A DNA stretch of 64,000 nt from Ignisphaera sp. (GCA_038889075.1 JAWAHS010000001.1:32001-96000); one strand, 5' to 3'. Positions 19,493-30,141 are shown, numbered from the stretch's first letter. Notes: generated by a model from the letters alone, not told the origin. Translations and numbers: made by a program.

Positions 19493-20821
19493 TTAATCTC
19501 TACGATTTGAAATTCTGATAAATTCATCTACTATTTCCTTAATGCTCATTCCATCTATTATTTTAAGATTAAATCTAACCCTTACAATCGGCTTATCTAT
19601 CTTGATTATTCGTGATATATCTGCAGGTGTTCCGAGGACCACAACATCGCATTCAATGTCATTTATGGTTTTTTCTAAGTCATTTAATTGTTGCCTAGTG
19701 TAACCAACACTAGGAAGCACTGAACCTATGTGGCTATATGTTTCATATATTTGTTTAATTAATCCTTTTGCATATGGTTTTGGATTGACTATTTCTGCCC
19801 CGTATTTTAATGCAACAATGTAGCCTGCACCATACGGCAAACCTCCATGTGTTACTGTTGGGGCATCCTCTATAATTAGGGCTCTGCGTCCTTCTAGTAA
19901 TTCTGGTCTATCAACTTCTATCTCCATATCAGCTTTAACTATATTGGCTTTTTCATTTATACTTCTAATATTTCTTACTATTCTATTAATATCATCTACT
20001 TTTGCCTGCGATACCTTAGTAATTATGATTGTATTAGCAAGCCTCATATTAATCTCTCCCGGATACGAATTCAACTCTATGCCGGGACGCATAGCATCTG
20101 TAACGGTGATTTGATACCATGGTCTATAGAATGGTGTATCGTTGTTTCCTCCATCCCATAATATTATATCGGCTTCGCCTTCGGCTTTGTGAAGAATTTT
20201 AATGTAATCTATGCCAGCAAGCACCTTTATTCCCATTTTTATATAATGCTCGTATTCCTCTCTTTCTTCAATTGTTAAATCATATCTATCTAAATCATTA
20301 ATGGAATTGAATTCCTGTACAACCCTCTTTTCCAATTCTCCGTATGCCATAGGATGTCTTACGACAATAAAGTTCAAGTTTCTTTTAACCATTTCTTGAG
20401 CTATTGCCCTTGAAACTGTACTTTTACCTGCACCAGTCTTGGTTGCTGTGACTGCCAATACAGGTTTTACGCTATCTATCATCGTGTCAAAAGGGCTTAC
20501 TAATCTAAATGAGGCATTTGCAGACAGAACCATCGATATTTTCCTTCCAAGCTCTTCATAGGTTAGATCACTATAACTAAATACCACCTCATCAACCTTA
20601 AATCTAGTTACAATCTCTGGCAACATTTCTTCAGGATAGATCGGTATTCCTTCGGGATATAGAGATCCGGCTAAAGATGGTGGAAATCTCCTATATTCTA
20701 TTCCAGGTATCTGCGTAGCGGTAAATGCGACCACATGATACTCTGGGTTATCCTTAAACAGAACATTATAATTGTGGAAATCCCTTCCACCTGCACCCAT
20801 GATAATGATCCTCTTTGCCAT
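19493..20821 (-). CDS. arcE: COG2403 P-loop protein (cyclic 2,3-DPG synthetase-like), probably arginine synthetase
   Basis: GAGGRDFHNYN, FTATQIP, KTGAGKS, RHPMAYG, TIEEREEYE, WDGGNND, EDAPTVTHGG. Confidence 0.7.
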   Translation of the reverse strand: MAKRIIIMGAGGRDFHNYNVLFKDNPEYHVVAFTATQIPGIEYRRFPPSLAGSLYPEGIPIYPEEMLPEIVTRFKVDEVVFSYSDLTYEELGRKISMVLSANASFRLVSPFDTMIDSVKPVLAVTATKTGAGKSTVSRAIAQEMVKRNLNFIVVRHPMAYGELEKRVVQEFNSINDLDRYDLTIEEREEYEHYIKMGIKVLAGIDYIKILHKAEGEADIILWDGGNNDTPFYRPWYQITVTDAMRPGIELNSYPGEINMRLANTIIITKVSQAKVDDINRIVRNIRSINEKANIVKADMEIEVDRPELLEGRRALIIEDAPTVTHGGLPYGAGYIVALKYGAEIVNPKPYAKGLIKQIYETYSHIGSVLPSVGYTRQQLNDLEKTINDIECDVVVLGTPADISRIIKIDKPIVRVRFNLKIIDGMSIKEIVDEFIRISNRRD

Positions 20822-20962
20822 AATTGTCGCACCATTGAGTATCCTTCAATTTTAATCTAGGTACCATTGTTAGTAAGTAATCTACGCCTATCATGTAATT
20901 TTTTCCTACGAGTTTAAAAGCTTCTATATTAATGTGTTAGTCTAAGTGAGGTGCAGAACTGT

Positions 20963-22405
20963 TTGAGTCATCATGCTGAACATGCCAAGTTGTACACATT
21001 TACAATACCTAAGATGAATGAATACCGGATAGCTCTAATCGAGGTAGCGCAAACTAAACCAAATAATAAGGCACTATCGTTATCAATGTTAATAGCTAAA
21101 GTGTTGAATAGGCCGCTTGAAAGTAATACGAGGCTTATAATTAAAGGTCATGGTATAAGAAATATATCTCCAGAGAATCTCTCCTATGTAGTTCATATAC
21201 TTTCCTCTACCATAATGCCACTCTACCTGCAATCATTTGATCCATATTCACAGGCCCTAGTATCATGTATTGATATGAATAAAAATGGTGAACCAATGTT
21301 GCTGAGTAGTGCCATTGTTACTAAGAAGAATTTTAAAGGTGTTAGTAAAAAACCCACAATATTTCTCTTAGTAGCTAGGGTTCCAGATAAGAATATAGGT
21401 GCAAAAACAATTAAACACTTCTATAAAATTTCTTGGAATGTTTTAGTACATAACCTTAAATCTTATTCAATAATCGAGGACTCGTCCTTACCTCAAAGAA
21501 CCTTTACTCTATTAGTTATACTAAAGGAGAAGAAGCATGAGAATTTTATAGAGGTAACGGTTCCAGAATTACATGAAATGATAAGGGTTAAGATACCAAT
21601 AATAAAGGCTTTCTGGAATTTAGATGACATTCCTCCAAAACTAAGACACGAATTGGAGACTATAATTATAAAACCACTAGCTCTTCGGGCTGGCTATGCT
21701 CCAAAGGGAATCTTAATAACAGGTCCACCTGGTATAGGTAAGAGTGTTACAGCAGAAGCTATAGCATCTGCACTTAGTTTAAAGATAGCCGAACTTAGAC
21801 CAAGCGTATATAGGTCTATGTGGTATGGATTAACTGAAAAAATACTTGAAGCAACTTTGCAAAACCTTAAATCTAAGAAAAACTTCATGATCCTTCTAGA
21901 TGATGTGGACTTCCTTGTAGGTAGGCATGTAGCTATACATGAAACTCATGTAAGTGAGATAACTATATTTTTAAGATATCTGCAAGAATCCTCAAGACCT
22001 TTAATAGTGATGACTACAAACACGCCTGAAATACTCGACCCTGCAATTATAAGACCTGGAAGAATTGATGCCATAATAATTATGGGCTATCCTGATAGGG
22101 AATTTAGAAAATACATAGCAATCAGAAGTGCTAAAAGATACAATATAAAACTTGATGAAAAACTCGCTGAGCATATCTCTACAATAACACGTTGGTTCAC
22201 AAATGCCGAAATAGATGCTTTAGTAAGATTAGCTGCAAGTAAATCTAATGGAAATATTGATGAAAAATCTGTCCTCTGGGCTCGACAGCGATTTAATATA
22301 AATGAATCGCTAAGGAAGAGCGTACAAGAACAACTAAGGTGGTATAGTGAACAGTTCCAAGGAATTACAGTAAAGTATATAGCCAATGAAAATGAAATCC
22401 TATAG
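20963..22405 (+). CDS. AAA+ ATPase with uncharacterised N-terminal domain
   Basis: Walker A GPPGIGKS, Walker B LLDDVD, SRH TTNTPEILDPAIIRPGRID; GAGGTG SD before TTG 20963. Confidence 0.88.
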   Translation: MSHHAEHAKLYTFTIPKMNEYRIALIEVAQTKPNNKALSLSMLIAKVLNRPLESNTRLIIKGHGIRNISPENLSYVVHILSSTIMPLYLQSFDPYSQALVSCIDMNKNGEPMLLSSAIVTKKNFKGVSKKPTIFLLVARVPDKNIGAKTIKHFYKISWNVLVHNLKSYSIIEDSSLPQRTFTLLVILKEKKHENFIEVTVPELHEMIRVKIPIIKAFWNLDDIPPKLRHELETIIIKPLALRAGYAPKGILITGPPGIGKSVTAEAIASALSLKIAELRPSVYRSMWYGLTEKILEATLQNLKSKKNFMILLDDVDFLVGRHVAIHETHVSEITIFLRYLQESSRPLIVMTTNTPEILDPAIIRPGRIDAIIIMGYPDREFRKYIAIRSAKRYNIKLDEKLAEHISTITRWFTNAEIDALVRLAASKSNGNIDEKSVLWARQRFNINESLRKSVQEQLRWYSEQFQGITVKYIANENEIL

Positions 22406-22460
22406 GAAATATTCCATACAGTTTAGAACAATATGCCTTAGCTACATAAATTTTCATTAC

Positions 22461-23588
22461 TTATACCTTTTCCTCCATACCATAGCAATTCATTATACAA
22501 TTACTGAATACTTTACCTATGTATACTATATCATCGCTATCCAAATTTGGATGTATAGGAAGGCTTAATTCACACTTTGAGAGTTTTAAGGCAGTTTTAC
22601 AACATTCGCTATAACCAAGAGATTGGAATAGGGGCTGGAGATGTAGGGGTAACGGATAATGTATAGCTGACTCAATTCCGTTGTTGTCCAGACATTTCTG
22701 TAAACACTCTCTATATTCAATTCTTTTAATCTTAACAGCATATATATGATAAACGTGCTTTGCCCAAGGGATTTCATAGGGCAACTCTACATATTCTTTT
22801 AGATGGCTCAGTTGTACAGTTAGTCTCCAAGCATTGTTACGTCTTATATCGTTCAACTTATCTAATTTTCTTAACTGTGCCCTACCCAATGCTGCTTGAA
22901 TGGATGTCATTCTATAATTTCCTCCCAATTCTACATGTACATATCGGGATATCTGTCCATGGTTTCTCAAAAGTTTCACCTTTTCAACAATATTTTTATC
23001 ATTTGAAACTACAATACCTCCTTCGCCAGTAGTCATATTCTTTGTAGCATAGAAGCTAAATATTGCTGCATTACCAAAGCTTCCAACTTTTTGACCCCAT
23101 GCTTCTGCACCATGAGCTTGAGCAGCATCTTCTATTAATAATATTTTCTTATCTTGGGCAACATCCATTAATGCTTTTACATCTGCTGGGTGGCCAAAGA
23201 GGTGTACAGCTATAATAGCCTTTGTTCTATTTGTTATCTTTTCCTGTATATCATTGATATCTATATTAAATGTTTCATATGATACGTCAACGAACCTTGG
23301 GATAGCTCCAACCATGAGAACAGCTGTAGCTGTTGCTATAAATGTATAATCGGGAACCAGTACCTCATCACCTTGTCCTATACCTAAAGCTCTTAGCGCA
23401 AGCATGAGTGCTATGGTTCCATTTGCTACAGCGGCCGAATATGAGACTCCGATATACTCTGCGAATTCTTTTTCAAACAACTCTACTTCAGAACCGTGTG
23501 CAATCCATTTTGATCTTAAAATCCTAACCACAGCTTCTATATCATCATCATCTATTACTGGTTCAAATAGTTTAATTCTTCTATGCAT
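22461..23588 (-). CDS. DegT/DnrJ/EryC1/StrS family sugar aminotransferase
   Basis: NGTIAL, TFIATA, VHLFG, IEDAAQAHG, SFYATKNMTTGEGG. Confidence 0.95.
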   Translation of the reverse strand: MHRRIKLFEPVIDDDDIEAVVRILRSKWIAHGSEVELFEKEFAEYIGVSYSAAVANGTIALMLALRALGIGQGDEVLVPDYTFIATATAVLMVGAIPRFVDVSYETFNIDINDIQEKITNRTKAIIAVHLFGHPADVKALMDVAQDKKILLIEDAAQAHGAEAWGQKVGSFGNAAIFSFYATKNMTTGEGGIVVSNDKNIVEKVKLLRNHGQISRYVHVELGGNYRMTSIQAALGRAQLRKLDKLNDIRRNNAWRLTVQLSHLKEYVELPYEIPWAKHVYHIYAVKIKRIEYRECLQKCLDNNGIESAIHYPLPLHLQPLFQSLGYSECCKTALKLSKCELSLPIHPNLDSDDIVYIGKVFSNCIMNCYGMEEKV

Positions 23589-23604
23589 GGCTTTTGCAAC
23601 CTCT

Positions 23605-24741
23605 CTACAACTCTATTATTCTCTTTAATGAAGTAAGTTTTATAGGTCCTGAAAGGGTTACGTATACATCATCTTCAATTCTAATACCAAATTTTTTATA
23701 AATATATACCCCCGGCTCTATTGTGACAACGTCTCCTAATTCAACTTCATGGATAGACGTCTTAGAAATTCTAGGTTCTTCATGGACATCGATACCTATA
23801 CCGTGTCCAAGGCCGTGAATAAAATGCTTATGTATACTCGATTTCATTAGAACATCTCTTGCTACTCCATCGATATAACTATACTTTTCACCTATTCTTA
23901 AGCAGCGTATAGAGCTATCTATAGCATCAATTATAGTATTTGCGAAACTTTTCACCAGTTCGTACTCTTTCTGCAGATTGCTTGGCAGAATGATTCTCGT
24001 TATATCAGAAACGTATCCTTGGAATCTCACACCAAAGTCAATAATTATAGGTTCATTACCTCTAAATACTGTAGAACCTGGTATATGGTGAGGTTTAGAG
24101 GTATTGCTCCCTACCGCTATGATACTACTGAATGCAAAACCTTCTGCTCCAAGTTCTCTAGCTCTATTTTCTATAAGACCAGCAATCGTTCTCTCACTCA
24201 ATCCGTTCTCTAACCTAGGAATAGTATCTTCTATGGCTTTTTCAGCTATTTCAGCAGCTCTCTTTATCATATTCACCTCTTCTTCGCTTTTATTTCGCCT
24301 TATTTTCTTGACCAAGTTCCTTACATCTACATGGATGTTAGCATCGCCTTCACAAGTATCAGTACCATCTGTGGAAATTTTTTTTGCTTCTCTACATACC
24401 TTCTTTAAAATGTTTTTCATATCGTTAATATCTATTACTTTAGTATCGAATTCTATGCCCATATCTAAAGGAGCAACAGGGTGTATAACCAAATTCTTTA
24501 TATAACCGTATGTCTCCGTGACCCTATAGTATTCAAGTGATGATACATAGACACTCAATTCCATAGTATTCATATCGATAATTACTGCAAATATTCCTAA
24601 CTCCTCTGGTGGAGGATTATAGAGTTCAGCAAAAATATAGGTTAACGTCTGTTTACCTTGAAGTATTATTCTCTCAACTTCAATATTGTGGATTTTCAAT
24701 GCATTAAATAATTTATTTAATCGCAATTCAAATAACTCCAT
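23605..24741 (-). CDS. pepQ: Xaa-Pro peptidase (M24B)
   Basis: IDFG, SDITR, HGLGHGIGIDVHE, TIEPGVY, GIRIEDD. Confidence 0.9.
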   Translation of the reverse strand: MELFELRLNKLFNALKIHNIEVERIILQGKQTLTYIFAELYNPPPEELGIFAVIIDMNTMELSVYVSSLEYYRVTETYGYIKNLVIHPVAPLDMGIEFDTKVIDINDMKNILKKVCREAKKISTDGTDTCEGDANIHVDVRNLVKKIRRNKSEEEVNMIKRAAEIAEKAIEDTIPRLENGLSERTIAGLIENRARELGAEGFAFSSIIAVGSNTSKPHHIPGSTVFRGNEPIIIDFGVRFQGYVSDITRIILPSNLQKEYELVKSFANTIIDAIDSSIRCLRIGEKYSYIDGVARDVLMKSSIHKHFIHGLGHGIGIDVHEEPRISKTSIHEVELGDVVTIEPGVYIYKKFGIRIEDDVYVTLSGPIKLTSLKRIIEL

Positions 24742-24994
24742 GTGCTATCATCCAAAATGCATTTTACCTTTACCCTTCACTTACTATACTTGGAATATTT
24801 ATCCTTATAGTTCGCATTCAACCTAACATCCAAGATAAATCATCTAACGTTCATTCAAGTACCGACAGTATTTACAAGAAGCTTAGATGTCATTTAAGGC
24901 CATTCCTCTTTTGTAATGGAAAAGAAGTCTTGGAGAAATCGATGCTAAGAACTCTTTTTAGAAAAATATGGGTGGAACTTCTAACTGCAGCCTC

Positions 24995-25026
24995 TATTCC
25001 AATGTTAATTAATTTGTTTTGGAATA
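24995..25026 (-). terminator. Possible hairpin just downstream of nrdJ
   Basis: Inverted repeat TATTCCAA / TTGGAATA about 10 nt past the nrdJ stop. Confidence 0.25.
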
Positions 25027-25036
25027 CTTTATTTTA

Positions 25037-27634
25037 CTAGTACTTGCATGTGGGGCATCCTTGCTGAGCAGCCACTTCTATAGCCTCAGCCAAGTTCTCA
25101 CCTATTGCTATTACATGTTTCTGTTTCGCTTCTTGCTGTTTTTCAGTTTTCTCATCCTTTTGTATTGCCTGGCTCATTTTTACTCCTACATATAAAACCT
25201 GCTGACCCTTAGATTTATCTCTATATATGGTGATTCCTTTACATCCTAAAAGCCACGCCAATGTATATATCTCTCTAACTGTATCAATAGTAGTATCAAA
25301 TTTTAGATTAACCGTTTTCGATACACCACCGCAAATCCATTGTTGCCATGCAGCCTGGTGAAGGAGATGCCATATAGGAGCAATATCATGGGCTGTTCTG
25401 AATAACCTTCTTAAACTCTTTGGAATATAGAATAGATCTTCAATACTGCCTCTTTCAGCAACACTTTTTATTAATTGTGGATCATCTAGATCAAGGCTTC
25501 TTAAATATTCTAGGAATAGCCTATCTATTTCGATAAATGTACCAACCGATACATGTCTTTCATATGCAACAGCAAAGAGGGGTTCTATACCTGAGCTAGT
25601 ATTAGCAATTATACTTATGGTACCAGTTGGTGCTATACTCGTTAAAGTAGCATTTCTGATACCGTATTTCATACGAAGTTCTTCAACAAGATTCCAATTC
25701 AGTAGAGGTCTATCCGAGATTATTGATAAGAATTTTTGAGAAGGCTTTTCATCTATTTTTGCTATCTTAAGTAATTCTTCTACTGGTTTAGATGTTAACC
25801 ATGTAGGTCTATATTTGGAAGAATCGTATGCTGGAAATGGTCCTCGTTCCTTTGCAAGTTCTATGCTAGCCAGTGCAAGATTGTACTCAAGCCATTCAGC
25901 AAGAGCGTACGCTAAGTATACAGCATCGACGCTATCATAGGGCATCCCCAGTTTTATCAAAGCATATGCCCATCCCATTATGCCAATACCTATTTTTCTA
26001 GTTCTTTTGGCCATTGATTCGAGTTGTGGGAGAGGCCATTTTGCAGCGTCTATTACATTGTCCATAAATCTAACTATTGTTTTAAGATCTTCGGCAAGAG
26101 CATTCCATGCAATTCTCACATTACCTTCTGCATTAATATAAATGTACTTAGATATATCTATACTTCCCAGGTTGCAACTCTCCCATGGAAGTAGCGGCTG
26201 TTCTCCACATGGATTTGTCGAGTTTATTTTTCCTAAATACCATGTAGGGTGTCTCCTATTTATCGTATCAATGAATAGTAGTCCCGGGTCGCCGGAATCC
26301 CAAGCATTTTTAACAATTTTTTCAAATAGCTTCTTAGCATCTATGAATCCTGTTATGGCATTATTCTCCTCAGCTATAGTCATAGCCTCATCTAACGTAA
26401 TTATAATTGAATCGTCAAGCCAAACACTATTGCCATTGGCCTCCAATTCCTTTATAATCTCTTCCTGAGCCAATTCATTACTTATATAATCTCTCGCTCG
26501 TACAATTGCATAATATCTAGAATCGTTTCCCACATCTTTACGCAATTTTGTTTTTCTAGGATTTACAAAAGGTACTAATCCACCATTTAGTGCGGCATAC
26601 ATGAAGTAGTCGTACATCCCAACACTAATGTTAAAGTTCTGAAGAGTAGCATCCTTGAATTTGCCACTTTTAATGTCAATAAACTTCTCCACATCAGGAT
26701 GCCATATGTGTAGTACACCCATATTAGCACCTCTCCTTTTGCCACCTTGTTTAATAATCTCGGTATTTACATCAAATACCTTCATAAATGATATGGGGCC
26801 GCTGGCTACACCATTTGTTGAAACAACAACGTCTCCTTCGGGTCTTAGTTCAGAAAAATCAAAACCGGTTCCACCGCCATGTTGGAATACAATGGCCTGT
26901 GCTCTTAATGCATCATAAATTCCCTCACCATCTGGTGTAACCATAGAATCTCTTACAGGTATTACGAAACAGGCTGATAGTATTCCTAATTTAGTACCAG
27001 CATTCATTAGTGTAGGTGAATTGGGGAGAAATCTGAGGCTACTCATAAGTTCATAGAATTTCTCTTCCCAGTATGTAGCTATCTCGGTACACTTATTAGG
27101 ATCTTTATGTAATAACTTTAAACAGTATTCATATTCAATATGAGCTATAGCTTTCGAAACTCTTTTAAACATAAGTTGTGGGGTTTCAAGAAAACGCCCA
27201 GTTTCAGGATCTTTCAGTAGGTATCTATTTTCAAGTACCTTTATGGCTGGAAATGTTAATATGAGATCTCTTGGATCAATCTCTATTTTTCCTCTTCCGT
27301 AGACATCCTTATAGATTTTACCAAGCTCATATACCTTAGCTACCTCAAGCCACTTCGGATTTTCAATACTTTTCATAATCATTATTCTCTCTATTCTATC
27401 GACCAGTTCATTTGTCGAGATTTCTGTGTACATCTTTATTTCTTCTATTAAACTATTTAGTATTTCATTGATTTCACCTTGGGTACACTGGTTGTTGCAT
27501 GCTTTGATAATACTCGATAGTATTTTACCTATATTAAACTGCTCTCTACTTTTATTGCGTTTAATAACAGTTATATTAGGTAAGGTAATCTGTGCTAATG
27601 ATCCTAGATCCATAGACGCTATCTCCTTATCCAT
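25037..27634 (-). CDS. nrdJ: Class II (AdoCbl-dependent) ribonucleotide reductase with N-terminal ATP cone
   Basis: VIKRN ATP cone, [43 protein letters not shown]-terminal CPTC; no intein. Confidence 0.95.
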   Translation of the reverse strand: MDKEIASMDLGSLAQITLPNITVIKRNKSREQFNIGKILSSIIKACNNQCTQGEINEILNSLIEEIKMYTEISTNELVDRIERIMIMKSIENPKWLEVAKVYELGKIYKDVYGRGKIEIDPRDLILTFPAIKVLENRYLLKDPETGRFLETPQLMFKRVSKAIAHIEYEYCLKLLHKDPNKCTEIATYWEEKFYELMSSLRFLPNSPTLMNAGTKLGILSACFVIPVRDSMVTPDGEGIYDALRAQAIVFQHGGGTGFDFSELRPEGDVVVSTNGVASGPISFMKVFDVNTEIIKQGGKRRGANMGVLHIWHPDVEKFIDIKSGKFKDATLQNFNISVGMYDYFMYAALNGGLVPFVNPRKTKLRKDVGNDSRYYAIVRARDYISNELAQEEIIKELEANGNSVWLDDSIIITLDEAMTIAEENNAITGFIDAKKLFEKIVKNAWDSGDPGLLFIDTINRRHPTWYLGKINSTNPCGEQPLLPWESCNLGSIDISKYIYINAEGNVRIAWNALAEDLKTIVRFMDNVIDAAKWPLPQLESMAKRTRKIGIGIMGWAYALIKLGMPYDSVDAVYLAYALAEWLEYNLALASIELAKERGPFPAYDSSKYRPTWLTSKPVEELLKIAKIDEKPSQKFLSIISDRPLLNWNLVEELRMKYGIRNATLTSIAPTGTISIIANTSSGIEPLFAVAYERHVSVGTFIEIDRLFLEYLRSLDLDDPQLIKSVAERGSIEDLFYIPKSLRRLFRTAHDIAPIWHLLHQAAWQQWICGGVSKTVNLKFDTTIDTVREIYTLAWLLGCKGITIYRDKSKGQQVLYVGVKMSQAIQKDEKTEKQQEAKQKHVIAIGENLAEAIEVAAQQGCPTCKY
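27495..27531. repeat. 37-bp exact direct repeat, copy 1 (inside nrdJ ATP cone)
   Basis: TTGCATGCTTTGATAATACTCGATAGTATTTTACCTA, identical to 27856-27892. Confidence 0.9.
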
Positions 27635-27658
27635 ACAGCTCCCAGTTTCGTTACCTAC

Positions 27659-27666
27659 TATAAAAG
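27659..27666 (-). promoter_or_regulatory. Probable TATA box of nrdJ
   Basis: CTTTTATA on the minus strand about 25 nt upstream of the ATG. Confidence 0.55.
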
Positions 27667-27855
27667 TAATTTACTTTCGGAGCTAATAACCAAAACTGTT
27701 GGGTAAGGTACTGCTCTTTTTCATACAGTCAATAATATTCCAGTAATACGCTAGAATAGCATTCGATGACTAAATCGATATAGTGCCTATAGAAATCGCT
27801 TGTGCTATAGAAATATGATACTGGTCAAGAAATTCTACCCATACATATTAGAATT

Positions 27856-27892
27856 TTGCATGCTTTGATAATACTCGATAGTATTTTACCTA
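27856..27892. repeat. 37-bp exact direct repeat, copy 2 (intergenic, upstream of nrdJ)
   Basis: Identical to 27495-27531; contains the palindrome AATACT-CGAT-AGTATT. Confidence 0.9.
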
Positions 27893-28025
27893 GTAGATTA
27901 AATCTTCATAGTGCACAAGGGTTTTTGAAATCTGGACAACAGCCTAGATCAAGATGGGATCATCCATAATTATAAAAGTGTGTAACTATATACTACCTAT
28001 AGTATGCCTAGTAGGTGCAATATCA

Positions 28026-28856
28026 TTGACTAAGACTAGAAAGGAAAGCAGTAGAAAAGGATTAAATAGTGTACCTAAGGATCAAGAGCCGGCAGACGAT
28101 TCAAAGACAAGAAGTAAAAAAATATCAGCATCGAAAAGAAAGTATGTAGATACAGAAAGCTGGGTTGAAAAACATTTAAACGAACTTATAGAAGCCTTCG
28201 GCCTGCAGTTCCTGGAACTTTCAAATGAAGAATTCATGAAGATAGCTACTACTATCGTTGATATGATTAGAGGCGAGTCACTGACGCTCGACCTAGATTC
28301 TATTGTTAGAAGGTTTAGAAGAAACACCATGTTTATATATCCTATTATAGCATCCATGATTCTTGAGCTAAGAGATGAATTGACAGATGTACAAATCGAA
28401 TTCATAGTTAACAATATTGGTGAGGCTATTCTAACATATGCACCAAGGCTATATAGAGATCTCGTAACTAGAGGACGTACTGATTTAATTGATAGATTAA
28501 GAGATTATTGGAATAGGTATTGGATTATAAAGAGACATCCAGTATTACCTGTCTCCTGTCCTGTATGTAAGTTTAACGCTTTAATGCCAGATCTTACATG
28601 TATTGTATGTGGTGCTACTGTTTCTGAAAAAACCCTCAAGGAATCTGTTAACTTCACGGAACTGTTAAAGGATTTTGTTAAAAATCATAGTGTTGAAGAG
28701 GTTATGAAAGCTGTAAGCTATGGGTACGTCTATCTAAGTAGCATAGGTATCAAACCGCCATCAGAGAGTAGAGATCCATTAGATATAGAGGTTATCTTGA
28801 ACAGTAATGAAAAGGAGTTCGTAAAGTTACTAATAGAATACAGGAAGGGTGTATAG
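28026..28856 (+). CDS. Hypothetical helical protein with zinc ribbon
   Basis: CPVCKF..CIVCG; likely TTG start at 28026 after AGGTG. Confidence 0.75.
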   Translation: MTKTRKESSRKGLNSVPKDQEPADDSKTRSKKISASKRKYVDTESWVEKHLNELIEAFGLQFLELSNEEFMKIATTIVDMIRGESLTLDLDSIVRRFRRNTMFIYPIIASMILELRDELTDVQIEFIVNNIGEAILTYAPRLYRDLVTRGRTDLIDRLRDYWNRYWIIKRHPVLPVSCPVCKFNALMPDLTCIVCGATVSEKTLKESVNFTELLKDFVKNHSVEEVMKAVSYGYVYLSSIGIKPPSESRDPLDIEVILNSNEKEFVKLLIEYRKGV

Positions 28857-28861
28857 CGTAG

Positions 28862-29239
28862 ATGGTTATAGAACTATTTGATGAAAATGAATACAGGGAA
28901 ACGATTTTCAGGGACGGTATAACTGTCGTAGGGATAGCTAGTAAGGGAACTAGATTATGGAGATACCTAGAGATGCTTCTAAGAAAGCTTGAATCCCATT
29001 TTGATTCGAGTACTAAGGTGGCTATAGCAGATGTAAATGTTATTAAAAATATGTTACAGGAATTTGAAACAAAGGTAGCTAAACAAAGAACCATAATAAA
29101 GGTTTTTGTAAATGGTACATGCATATTTATGCAAGAAGATGTGACCGAGAATGTTGCCAACGACATAGAAATGCTTAGAAGGGGGATAAAAGATAGTCTA
29201 AGGAGATATTCTATAAATGTAAGGCTTACTGTAAAGTGA
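28862..29239 (+). CDS. Thioredoxin-fold protein lacking CxxC
   Basis: Trx-like pattern (VIEL..VVG..helix..KVAIADV..IKVFVNG) with no active-site cysteines. Confidence 0.6.
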   Translation: MVIELFDENEYRETIFRDGITVVGIASKGTRLWRYLEMLLRKLESHFDSSTKVAIADVNVIKNMLQEFETKVAKQRTIIKVFVNGTCIFMQEDVTENVANDIEMLRRGIKDSLRRYSINVRLTVK

Positions 29240-29248
29240 TTGTGAACA

Positions 29249-30118
29249 ATGTATACTGGGGAAGTATCTATACAATGTAGTTCTTGTAGAAAGAGAGATG
29301 CGGTATTTAAGAGAAGAACCTCTGGTGAAAAACTATGCAGGCTGTGTCTATATAGCAGTATAGTCAAGCAGATTAGAAAGGCACTCCACTATTATAAAAT
29401 GATTAAAAAGAATTCCAATGCAGCATTCCTAATCATGGCGAACAAACCGCTACTATCTTTAGCCGCCCTTTCAGTATACGAATCGGCTGTAAGGGATTTC
29501 AATATCGATATAACGGTGCTGTGTTTCGACAAATATACAGATTGCGGCAAGATTAGTAGTTCTATAAAAGCAAGCAATCATAAATTAATTGAAGTGAAAG
29601 ATCGATTCATAGCAAGGAACTTTATAGAGTGGCTCAAGTATGGGGAGTACATGGCGGTAAAAATTGCAAGGGAATCTAACATAGAATTCATAGCAGTTCC
29701 TCTATACAGGGACGAGCTATCTATTTTATCACTATTTGGGTTGTTAACTGCCTCTAGAACTATTTTCAGTGAAGGATTGCCGATCAGAGAAGTAAATGAT
29801 ATTAAAATAACGAGACCCTTCTATTATGTTGTTTCAAATGATATGACCTATTTAGCATCAACATCCAAATCCATAATGGAGATAGATTTGAATGAGCATA
29901 AATTTGAAGAGGAAACCAATTTTTTTAAACATGCGAAAGCGATTCTGCAGAATTCTCCGGAGTTGATGTATTCCAGCAGTAAATCAGCTGAATTATTACA
30001 GAGCTATATATTTGGAAGGTCTAAAAAATGTAGATACTGTGGCTCTTATGATGTTAGTGATATATGTAGCTACTGTGAGAGAATTAGAAAACATGTAGAT
30101 GATGAAGAAATAAGTTAA
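29249..30118 (+). CDS. Degenerate TtuA/Ncs6 (tRNA 2-thiolation)-like protein
   Basis: N-terminal CSSC..SGEKLCRLC..QIRKAL..YKMI, ITRPFY, C-terminal CRYCG..CSYC. PP-loop SGGKDS and central CxxC are absent. Confidence 0.75.
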   Translation: MYTGEVSIQCSSCRKRDAVFKRRTSGEKLCRLCLYSSIVKQIRKALHYYKMIKKNSNAAFLIMANKPLLSLAALSVYESAVRDFNIDITVLCFDKYTDCGKISSSIKASNHKLIEVKDRFIARNFIEWLKYGEYMAVKIARESNIEFIAVPLYRDELSILSLFGLLTASRTIFSEGLPIREVNDIKITRPFYYVVSNDMTYLASTSKSIMEIDLNEHKFEEETNFFKHAKAILQNSPELMYSSSKSAELLQSYIFGRSKKCRYCGSYDVSDICSYCERIRKHVDDEEIS

Positions 30119-30141
30119 ACAATTGAGAAGCAAGACCTCAT

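Noticed and set aside
27780-27900. Mini-CRISPR interpretation of the 37-bp duplication
   Set aside because: No flanking direct repeats of CRISPR length (only a 10-bp CTATAGAAAT pair) and no cas genes in the window.
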